This document shows, in pieces, positions 1-7,321 of a stretch of DNA of 64,000 nt. Positions within the stretch are counted from its first letter, which is position 1. The number at the start of each line of letters is the position of its first letter. Under the pieces are notes generated by a model. It had not been told where the DNA came from. It saw nothing but the letters and a program-made list of their open reading frames with translations, and did not search any database. A program made the translations under genes and the position numbers. The DNA is from Alphaproteobacteria bacterium (lineage in GTDB: Bacteria; Pseudomonadota; Alphaproteobacteria; UBA3830), in assembly GCA_045616365.1 (NCBI GenBank), contig JAZLGP010000055.1:450-64449 (forward strand), in the 5' to 3' direction.

Positions 1-2
1 TT

Positions 3-842
3 ATTGAAAGCAGGCAGAAGCCTTTATGTCCCGTTCCAGAAACTGGCATCGGTAATAAACCTATAGACGATGGAAATTATTTGTTTTCAAAAGAAGAAAT
101 GATTGAATTTTTACTGAAAGAACCGTCTGCCAAAAAATACTTCCGTCCTTGGTACGGTTCTAAAGAATTCATCAATCAAAAGCCTCGCTATTGTCTATGG
201 CTAGGAGATATTCAGCCTTCAGAACTCCGAAGAATGCCATACTGTTTTAAAAGAGTAGAAAATGTTAGAAAATTTAGACTTAAAAGTGAGAGCAAAGGGA
301 CAAGAAAAATCGCAAATAACCCCACAAGATTTCATGTAGAAAATATGCCGAATTCGGAATACATTGTCATACCCCGGGTTTCTTCAGAACGACGTAAATA
401 TATTCCCATTGGATTTATGACTCCCGATTGTTTATGCAGTGATGCCGTCCACATCATTCCGAATGCGACTATGTATCATTTTGGTATTCTTACTTCCTCC
501 GTGCATATGTCTTGGATGAGAACAGTTTGTGGAAGATTGAAGAGTGATTACCGTTATTCAAAAGATGTTGTTTATAACAACTTTCCATGGTGCGATCCGA
601 CAAAAGAGCAGAAGGCAAAAATTGAAAAAACCGCTCAAGAAATTTTGGATGCACGCGCTTTGTTCCCTGACAGCAGTTTAGCTGATTTATATGACGAAAT
701 GATCATGCCAATCGAATTACGCAACGCTCATCAACATAATGATCAAGCAGTGATAGAAGCCTATGGATTTGAAAAAGATCTTCCCGAACCTGAAATCGTC
801 GCTGAACTTATGAAGATGTATCAAAAACTTACAGAAAAATAA
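3..842 (+). CDS. C-terminal part of an MmeI-family (type IIG/IIL) restriction-modification enzyme / DNA methyltransferase; the 5' end lies outside the window
   Basis: The frame is open from base 3 (IESRQKPLCPVPETGIGNKPIDDGNYLFSKEEM), so the start listed at 81 is internal. The motifs GNKPIDDGNYLF, VIPRVSSERRKYIPIGF, YNNFPWCDP and the tail YDEMIMPIELRNAHQHNDQAV resemble the target-recognition and C-terminal domains of MmeI-like enzymes. Recognised from memory, not searched. Confidence 0.7.
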   Translation: MESRQKPLCPVPETGIGNKPIDDGNYLFSKEEMIEFLLKEPSAKKYFRPWYGSKEFINQKPRYCLWLGDIQPSELRRMPYCFKRVENVRKFRLKSESKGTRKIANNPTRFHVENMPNSEYIVIPRVSSERRKYIPIGFMTPDCLCSDAVHIIPNATMYHFGILTSSVHMSWMRTVCGRLKSDYRYSKDVVYNNFPWCDPTKEQKAKIEKTAQEILDARALFPDSSLADLYDEMIMPIELRNAHQHNDQAVIEAYGFEKDLPEPEIVAELMKMYQKLTEK

Positions 843-913
843 AAAAACTCAAGAAAAACAAAGAATTAACTTGATAATCAAACCAAAAGAGCTATATTAC
901 AACACGATTAGAC

Positions 914-1297
914 ATGGAGACAATTATGCACGTAGAAAGCTTAAAAAATGAACAAGAATCACCGTTTTATATTGCTGAATTCGAACAGCCATTCAATGAC
1001 TGCGAATCAGGAACAAATTACACCGTATACAAAGCCTATCATAAGAGTAAGGAAGCCGGAAAAGACCTTATCGATTTTAACGATATAATTTGGCCTGATG
1101 ATGTTGAAGCGATTGTAAATACCTTGAAACCCAACGGTATCAACAAATTCACCATTTCCTGCCGTTTCTGCGATATGATCGATCGGCTCGCAGATTTCGA
1201 GAAACTCGGTTGTACGGCAGAGGGAACAACGAAAATAAAAACCGGACTAGATGGAATCTTGGCGACAGCTAATGCTTTGAAAATGAGGCTTTGCTGA
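914..1297 (+). CDS. hypothetical small acidic protein (127 aa, or 123 aa from the ATG at 926)
   Basis: Clean ORF directly downstream of the R-M gene. The in-frame ATG at 926 has a GGAGA Shine-Dalgarno sequence (917-921) 4 nt upstream. I recognise no family. Confidence 0.5.
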   Translation: METIMHVESLKNEQESPFYIAEFEQPFNDCESGTNYTVYKAYHKSKEAGKDLIDFNDIIWPDDVEAIVNTLKPNGINKFTISCRFCDMIDRLADFEKLGCTAEGTTKIKTGLDGILATANALKMRLC

Positions 1298-1458
1298 CGA
1301 TATATTTAAGTCCGAAGCATTAATAGGATCACTTTGTTTTGTCGAAAACGCCGATAGTGTTGTAGTATATTCTCATAGAAAAGGCATTAGGGCAGTGATA
1401 ACTATTAAAAACATGGATTATTCGACACCATCTTATGATGTTTGACGTGCGCTCGGTT

Positions 1459-2142
1459 TTATTTCAGCAACAACTCGTCGTTTTCGCCATCTAAAATCAC
1501 GCATTTCACGTCTGTTCCTTCGAATTTTTTCGCAAAATCTCTTGGGTCTACATCAATCACTGGCGGTAAATAATAATGCATCGGAACGACCGTTTTTACT
1601 CCGAGCCACTTGGCGGCAATTACTGCGTGTTCGATATCCATTCCGTAAATCCCACCGATCGGAAGCAACGCCACATCAGGATGATAAACTTCCTTGATTC
1701 CCTTAAATTCTATCGTCAGAGAGGTATCTCCAGCGTGAAAAATCCGAACACCATCGATCTCAAAAAGAATGCTTGCGGCAACTCCTCCCGACGCGCCGTT
1801 TGGAAGCGTACAAGTATGTATCGCAGGTAAAAACACGCAACGTCCCCAATCATAATTCAGCCATGAGCCGATTCCTATGGGATGAACTTTTTCCACTCCT
1901 TGAGCTTTGAAATACGCCGCGACGTCGACAATGGTGGTAACATCCGCCCCTGTGTTTTTCACTATTTCAACCGTTTGCCCGACGTGATCATAATGGCCGT
2001 GAGTAACGAAAATATCTGAAATATTTTTGGAATTTCGGTAATTGTACTGCGCATTTAAAGACACAAACGGATCGACCAATATTGTGCCGCGGCCATTGAT
2101 AATTTCAAACGCCGACAGTGCAATGTGCCTCAGTTTTAACAT
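1459..2142 (-). CDS. metallo-beta-lactamase-fold metal-dependent hydrolase (UPF0173/YtkL-like)
   Basis: Has the THGHYDHVG metal-binding motif, a later HAGDT motif and a VVPMHY motif. Length of 227 aa is typical of UPF0173 hydrolases. Confidence 0.85.
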   Translation of the reverse strand: MLKLRHIALSAFEIINGRGTILVDPFVSLNAQYNYRNSKNISDIFVTHGHYDHVGQTVEIVKNTGADVTTIVDVAAYFKAQGVEKVHPIGIGSWLNYDWGRCVFLPAIHTCTLPNGASGGVAASILFEIDGVRIFHAGDTSLTIEFKGIKEVYHPDVALLPIGGIYGMDIEHAVIAAKWLGVKTVVPMHYYLPPVIDVDPRDFAKKFEGTDVKCVILDGENDELLLK

Positions 2143-2359
2143 CGAAAATTCCCCTAATACGCCTGCGCCTATATTTTAACCCAAGATTATCGAAAAAACA
2201 TCAGCAATCTGGCTATCCACAAGAGATTAGACAATTTCTGTACTTTCGGAGAACACAAAGAGTTCGAATCCCTCTTGACGTCACTAGGACTTTCTCCAAA
2301 CTTTTTTTGCTGAAAATTCAGTTTTTGACACGCAATCCTCTGGCGCGAAGACGATACAG

Positions 2360-2395
2360 AAAGTGTACTTTCCAAATCTCCATGTACACTTTTTT
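2360..2395 (+). terminator. orphan intrinsic-terminator-like hairpin (no annotated plus-strand gene upstream)
   Basis: The 7-bp core stem AGTGTAC (2362-2368) pairs with GTACACT (2384-2390) and extends to 9 bp (aaAGTGTAC/GTACACTtt). The loop is 15 nt and a T run follows at 2391-2395. The T run follows the hairpin only on the plus strand. Confidence 0.35.
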
Positions 2396-2559
2396 GGAGA
2401 ATGGAGAATGATTTTGGGAGAAAATGGAAGATTTAGGGCGAATTTGGAGAACGGAAACGGGGATAATCAAGGTGCAACACGCATACGATTTTAATCAAAC
2501 ACAAATCGAATTCATAACGAATCCCATCCAATAAACCACTCAAATTTCAGTGATAAATA

Positions 2560-2649
2560 TGGCGGAAAGAGAGAGATTCGAACTCTCGATACGGTTCCCC
2601 GCATACACACTTTCCAGGGGTGCGCCTTCAACCACTCGGCCACCTTTCC
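2560..2649 (-). tRNA. tRNA-Ser (anticodon GGA), copy A, class II with long variable arm
   Basis: The reverse complement folds as GGAAAGG-TG-GCCGAGTGGTTGAAGGC-G-CACCC-CTGGAAA-GTGTG-variable arm-GAGAG-TTCGAAT-CTCTC-TCTTTCC-G-CCA. CCA is encoded. There is one C-U mismatch at position 30:40 of the anticodon stem. Confidence 0.8.
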
Positions 2650-2658
2650 GTTTTCGAC

Positions 2659-2748
2659 TGGCGGAGAGAGGGGGATTCGAACCCCCGATACGGTTCCCCG
2701 CATACACACTTTCCAGGCGTGCGCCTTCAACCACTCGGCCACCTCTCC
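2659..2748 (-). tRNA. tRNA-Ser (anticodon GGA), copy B, class II with long variable arm
   Basis: The reverse complement folds as GGAGAGG-TG-GCCGAGTGGTTGAAGGC-G-CACGC-CTGGAAA-GTGTG-variable arm-GGGGG-TTCGAAT-CCCCC-TCTCTCC-G-CCA. All stems pair and CCA is encoded. Confidence 0.9.
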
Positions 2749-2909
2749 AAAACGAACGACTGTCAGTATATGAGAAAACCAAGTATATTACAATGCGTAA
2801 ATTTACTTTTTGATCAACGAATATCAAAAGACAGTATGATATTGAGATCTCAAGGTTGAACTGTTTCTCCAAAAATGCTAGAAACTCAGAGTGTATTTGG
2901 AGGATAATT

Positions 2910-3845
2910 TTGAAGAAGATTGGGATCATTGGAGGCGGATGCTATGGAACCGCTTTGGCAGAATGCTTCAGTCGAATTTCTGAAGAGGTTGTGGTCGTTG
3001 AAAAAAATTCCAAGATAGTTTCCTCTGTCAATAAAAATCATGAAAATATGGTCTCTTTACCAGGTATTCCACTCAACCCAAAGCTCATTTATTCTTGCGA
3101 TGAATCTTTATTGCTTGATGCTGAAATAATTTTTCTCGCGGTGCCTGCAAATTTCATGAAATCAGCATGTGAATGTGTAAAAGATTCCTCCGTCCCCGTG
3201 GTACTATGTTCAAAAGGATTTGATCTAGAAAATAAACGCCTGTTATCTGATATGATTGAAAAAAACTTATCAAACGAAGTGTTTGTATTGTCAGGACCAT
3301 CGTTTGCTGGTGAAATCGCGAGAAATCTTCCCGCTAAGGTTAACCTAGCCGGAAAAAATTTTGAAAAATGCGTCGAGCTTTCTGAGAAATTGAGTTCGAA
3401 AAGTTTTAAAATAGAACCGATTGGGGATATTGTTGGGCTACAGGTTGCTGGAGCGTTGAAGAACGTTCTTGCGATAGGTTGCGGAATTTTGCATGGAAAA
3501 AATTTGGGACAAAGCGCAATATCGAGATTTATCGTTGAGGGAATCCAGGAAATGTCTCAAATTGCTGAATTCCTCGGAGGGAAAAAGGAGACTTTTTCGA
3601 AAGTAGGAGCATTAGGTGATATTATTTTAACCTGCACAAGCTTACAATCTCGAAATATGACTTTCGGAAAATTTCTTGCTGACGGAGGGAGTCTGAAAAT
3701 TTGGAATGGTGCTCTGGCAGAGGGAATCTTTGCCGCAAAATTTATTCCTCATTTACATTGTTCTTCAAAAATATTTTCTAAAACGTATCAAGTCATTTAT
3801 GGACAAATTACTATTGAAGAATTTTTATCGGCAGCATTTGAGTAA
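2910..3845 (+). CDS. gpsA: NAD(P)H-dependent glycerol-3-phosphate dehydrogenase
   Basis: Has the Rossmann motif KIGIIGGGCYGTALA, plus GPSFAGEIA and VAGALKNVLAIGCGI motifs. The TTG at 2910 follows a GGAGGA Shine-Dalgarno sequence (2899-2904). The ORF-track ATG at 2856 would add 18 non-conserved residues. Confidence 0.85.
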   Translation: MKKIGIIGGGCYGTALAECFSRISEEVVVVEKNSKIVSSVNKNHENMVSLPGIPLNPKLIYSCDESLLLDAEIIFLAVPANFMKSACECVKDSSVPVVLCSKGFDLENKRLLSDMIEKNLSNEVFVLSGPSFAGEIARNLPAKVNLAGKNFEKCVELSEKLSSKSFKIEPIGDIVGLQVAGALKNVLAIGCGILHGKNLGQSAISRFIVEGIQEMSQIAEFLGGKKETFSKVGALGDIILTCTSLQSRNMTFGKFLADGGSLKIWNGALAEGIFAAKFIPHLHCSSKIFSKTYQVIYGQITIEEFLSAAFE

Positions 3846-4096
3846 TCTTCATATAGAATCCAAAACAATCTTTGTTTTCAAAGAAAGCTTTTTGTTATAT
3901 ACTTCTCCCAGAAACGTCATTCGCAACGCTGTAATTATAGACAAAGGCAGAAAGAAATTTTAGCCCTCTGTATTCACAAATCTCAGATAATCTAAGATTC
4001 GATCAAAAAAGCAGATTACTCCTTCGTTCAGCAGCCTTCCTATTCCTTGAATTTGATGTATATTTGTAGTTATGGTTTCAGATAATTTTACTATCT

Positions 4097-6223
4097 TTAA
4101 TCGACGTTTATTGACAAAATTACTGAATCTAACGTATATCCTATTCTGTCAAACTGTTCTCGATCTTTTTTCGTTTTCACCAGATTTGGGTATTTCCAGA
4201 TCTTTTCCATTAAATTATCGTAAGCTTCTACCGAACTAGTCATAATTTTTCTCTTATCTTTTCCTGATTGGGATTTTTGGAACTTTTCTTTATTACTATT
4301 ATTAAGATTCAGAACTTTATCAAAATCTTCTCGTATATCAAGCCCATTGAATTTTTTGTTAGATTTCAGTTTTTCTAAATGTATGGTTAAATCATCGAAA
4401 ATATCTAGATATATCTTTTCTTGTAAAGATTTTATCTTATCGCCAGGCACCGAACGTAACTTTTTTCCGTTTTTTGTCTTAGGATTAAGTGCAATAAGTG
4501 AATTGTAAGCCCTTATAATCTTCCTCACGTCTGAAACTTTTTTCTCAAAATTTCGATCGGTCTTCGTTTCTTTCAAATATCCTTTAATTTTTTCAAGCCC
4601 TGTCTTCTGTTTATTTGTAAGAGTAGCTTCATCCAATAATTCAATATTCGTTCCTAAAAATTCATAAAATTTCTCCGGACTTTCTGCCTTATTAGAATCT
4701 ATTGAAGATTCACCCGAAACGTCTGAACTAATCTGCGAATCCTGATCTTCATTTTGTTCTTCATCTATCTTTTTACCCGAAGATGAACTTGTTTTCTCGC
4801 TTTCGAACTGATTATTTTCTTCTTCTAAATTTACATTTTCAGATAAATCCTGTTCTGAGTTTTTGTTCTCTTCTGATTCCTTCTCTGATTTTTTCTCGTC
4901 TTGGTTTTCCCCAGATAATTGTTTCTCGCTATTTCGTTTGGTTCCCCAATTTAAGATTTTCCAAGAAGATTTTTGTATATCCTTTTGTTGTTCTGAAGCA
5001 TTTTCCGACTCAGATTGCGACGAGTTTATTTGATTATTCTCATCGGAAGAATTTATTTCAGTATTATCACTTGATACATTATCATTTTTTTCATCCTTCG
5101 AATCTTCTTTTTCTTCACTTGCCTTTTTTTCAAAAATCCCCGATTTCAACAGATCGAAAATTGTTTGCTTTTTTTCCTGATTCAACCGATTATTTTCGGA
5201 ATCATCCTCTTTTTCTTCAGATTTCTTTTGCGAGTCACCGGATGATTGACTACTAACTTCCTCCTCTGATTCGGAATTATTTTTCTCATCTGAATTATTT
5301 TCAGAACTATTATTTGAATCAAAACTTTTACGACGTTCTGCAAGCTCTTGATTTGACATCGTATCGGTAGCTTCCAAATGTTTGAGTTCAGGAATTCCTT
5401 CGATTCTAGATAGCATTATCGGAGAAAATTTTCTTTTCATTTCTGCCAAAATATTCTTCGATTCCTTTATTTTATCTGAAAAATCTTTTAGATTTTGGAT
5501 AATTTGCTTCGACAGTCTTTCTTGATCGCATATAGATATTATTTTTCCAAGTTTTTTCATATCTATGCGATTCAATTTTTCAATTACACCACCCAGCTCT
5601 ACGCTATCAGAAGACTCTTTTCTTCTCTCAGTTTTATTAAACAACTCTCGATATAAATTAAACCTCACTCGTAATAATTCATCTAAACAGCTCGAAGCCT
5701 CTTTCATTTTCCCGATTACTGTTTTTACGTCTTCCTCTTGACTCCTTTTGAGACTACGTGAAAGAGAATCCATATTACTTATCAAAGCTCGGATATCCCT
5801 CTCAGAAACACAACCAATAATACTTTTTAAAGCAGATGAAATGTTTTCTTCAAGTTTCAAACCTGAAAAAGTGTTATTATTTGTCTCAGAGTTTTTATTA
5901 TTACTTGATACATTTTCGTCTTGTTGCCTCTTTGAAATTCTTTCTCGCTCGTCAAAATTTTCATTATATCTTTCAGAATCTGACATATATCTGTTTCGCT
6001 GTCTTCTCGATCTTTTTTCTATATCATCTCCTCCACGATCTGATACGCTTCTATTTGGATGTACTCTTGATGTTTCTCTTGACGTATCGAACCTTCTATT
6101 TGCCGGAAAATCATAAGAGTTACTAGCATGCCTTCTCGAATTGCGTATCGGACCTCCCAACAAATCACCAACGCAAAAACAAATACTAAACAAAGAAATT
6201 CCGACAAAAGCTAATTTTTTCAC
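4097..6223 (-). CDS. secreted low-complexity (Ser/Glu/Asn/Lys/Asp-rich) protein of unknown function, 708 aa
   Basis: The N-terminal signal-like segment is MKKLAFVGISLFSICFCVGDLLGG. Residues ~300-520 are long acidic Ser/Asn/Glu/Lys tracts, and the C-terminal ~190 aa are less biased. The start lies 2 nt after the stop of the upstream methyltransferase gene. Confidence 0.7.
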   Translation of the reverse strand: MKKLAFVGISLFSICFCVGDLLGGPIRNSRRHASNSYDFPANRRFDTSRETSRVHPNRSVSDRGGDDIEKRSRRQRNRYMSDSERYNENFDERERISKRQQDENVSSNNKNSETNNNTFSGLKLEENISSALKSIIGCVSERDIRALISNMDSLSRSLKRSQEEDVKTVIGKMKEASSCLDELLRVRFNLYRELFNKTERRKESSDSVELGGVIEKLNRIDMKKLGKIISICDQERLSKQIIQNLKDFSDKIKESKNILAEMKRKFSPIMLSRIEGIPELKHLEATDTMSNQELAERRKSFDSNNSSENNSDEKNNSESEEEVSSQSSGDSQKKSEEKEDDSENNRLNQEKKQTIFDLLKSGIFEKKASEEKEDSKDEKNDNVSSDNTEINSSDENNQINSSQSESENASEQQKDIQKSSWKILNWGTKRNSEKQLSGENQDEKKSEKESEENKNSEQDLSENVNLEEENNQFESEKTSSSSGKKIDEEQNEDQDSQISSDVSGESSIDSNKAESPEKFYEFLGTNIELLDEATLTNKQKTGLEKIKGYLKETKTDRNFEKKVSDVRKIIRAYNSLIALNPKTKNGKKLRSVPGDKIKSLQEKIYLDIFDDLTIHLEKLKSNKKFNGLDIREDFDKVLNLNNSNKEKFQKSQSGKDKRKIMTSSVEAYDNLMEKIWKYPNLVKTKKDREQFDRIGYTLDSVILSINVD

Positions 6224-6225
6224 AA

Positions 6226-7206
6226 TTATCTCTCTTTTTTCATAAGTACGATCAATTTTTTCTTATTAATTATTTCATCAATAAAAATCTCTCTAATCTC
6301 AGTTGCCGAAGTCACCTCATAAAATTTAAGTCCTCTCTGACGTAAAAAATTTAATTCATTTCGAACATCAACTGTTTTTGAGACTTTATCAATATCCAAG
6401 CTGATCAATATCTGAAGATTCTTTGATTCATCAATAGTTTGGTTAGCCCCTCGAAGAACATCAAATGCAGAACTAGAAACATCTACCAAAATTAAAGAAA
6501 CCTCTTGACCTTTAAGAATTTTATCCAATGAATCGCATTCTACATTCACATTTCTAGTTATTACACGATTTATTCCCTCTTCATCTTGAACTGTTGAAAT
6601 AACATCAGGAATCGAACAAGTTCCTTGATGATCAGAAACAGCCTTTCTTACAATTTCTACTGTACTCGATAGATCGTTCAAGACTATATTTTTATACAAA
6701 CATCTTGCAACCGTTGGATTTCCTTCTATCGCAATATATTTTCCGCCCATCCGCAAAATCTGTCCGAGCATTATAGAATTGTACCCATAGTGAGACCCTA
6801 CCTCTACCACACTTGCTCCTCTAGAACAAAGGTTTAATGCAGCGTCATCAAACATTGATTTAACAGTTCCTCTATAACGCAACTGATCTCCAATATGTGG
6901 ATCATTTTTTCTAATCAGAATAGGAAATTTATTTTCTATAGAAGTTATAACGTAATTGTTAGGAAGAGATATCTCACCTCTCAATCGGGGAATAAATTTT
7001 GAAAAAATTTTATTCTTTTCACCGAAAACAACTCCAAAAAAAACTAACAAAGAGATAAATATACACAAAGAAATCAATTTGTTATTCCATAAACTTCTGC
7101 TAAGAGACTGTTGTGATGAGTAACTAGTTTCTTCCTGCACAGGTTCTTTAATAAAAGCACGCCGCGACGAATAATCATTCGAAAAATTATCCAACACTTC
7201 CTCCAT
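6226..7206 (-). CDS. FkbM-family SAM-dependent methyltransferase with an N-terminal transmembrane anchor
   Basis: A hydrophobic segment LISLCIFISLLVFFGVVF is followed by VVEVGSHYGYNSIMLGQILRMGGKYIAIEGNPTVARCLYKNIVLNDL, which matches the FkbM/Methyltransf_21 pattern. Confidence 0.7.
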   Translation of the reverse strand: MEEVLDNFSNDYSSRRAFIKEPVQEETSYSSQQSLSRSLWNNKLISLCIFISLLVFFGVVFGEKNKIFSKFIPRLRGEISLPNNYVITSIENKFPILIRKNDPHIGDQLRYRGTVKSMFDDAALNLCSRGASVVEVGSHYGYNSIMLGQILRMGGKYIAIEGNPTVARCLYKNIVLNDLSSTVEIVRKAVSDHQGTCSIPDVISTVQDEEGINRVITRNVNVECDSLDKILKGQEVSLILVDVSSSAFDVLRGANQTIDESKNLQILISLDIDKVSKTVDVRNELNFLRQRGLKFYEVTSATEIREIFIDEIINKKKLIVLMKKER

Positions 7207-7321
7207 AAACTCTAATAAGTATAACCTGAAGAAAGTTAGAAAAAAGTAAATAACTACAGATTTATAAAAATTAATTGATATTTTTAATTAATTTTATGCT
7301 ATCTTAACAAAGGAGGAAGAA

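Noticed and set aside
2260-2274. tRNA T-arm-like box GAGTTCGAATCCCTC on the plus strand, considered as a tRNA/tmRNA fragment or att-site remnant
   Set aside because: There is no pairing acceptor stem, no CCA context, and the 5' half of the T stem does not pair properly. Its orientation is opposite to the neighbouring tRNA-Ser genes, so it is not a duplicated tRNA 3' end.
2118-2411. 97-aa ORF on the plus strand
   Set aside because: It is extremely basic and low-complexity (RLRLYFNPRLSKKHQQ..., ARRRYRK), has no Shine-Dalgarno sequence and runs through a terminator-like hairpin. It is more likely non-coding.
1-2500. Impression that the left end has a different base composition from the rest of the window
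   Set aside because: Hand counts of a few 60-nt stretches gave values of about 28-45 percent GC, within the spread seen in core genes here. It cannot be supported without a computed profile.
2512-2929. Four overlapping ORFs (2512-2742 -, 2540-2929 -, 2550-2813 +, 2620-2859 +) with internally repeated peptide sequences
   Set aside because: They are read-through translations of the two tandem tRNA-Ser genes. The peptide repeats simply mirror the duplicated tRNA sequence.
4783-6126. Several plus-strand ORFs (4783-5256, 5748-6116, 5836-6126) inside the 708-aa gene. Similar antisense ORFs occur in tssM (42111-42485), gyrA (49946-50440) and metG (27690-28118).
   Set aside because: Their hydrophobic/Phe-Leu-Ser-rich composition is typical of the antisense strand of AT-rich, Lys/Glu-rich genes. 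The opposite-strand genes all have strong homology signatures or better coding features.
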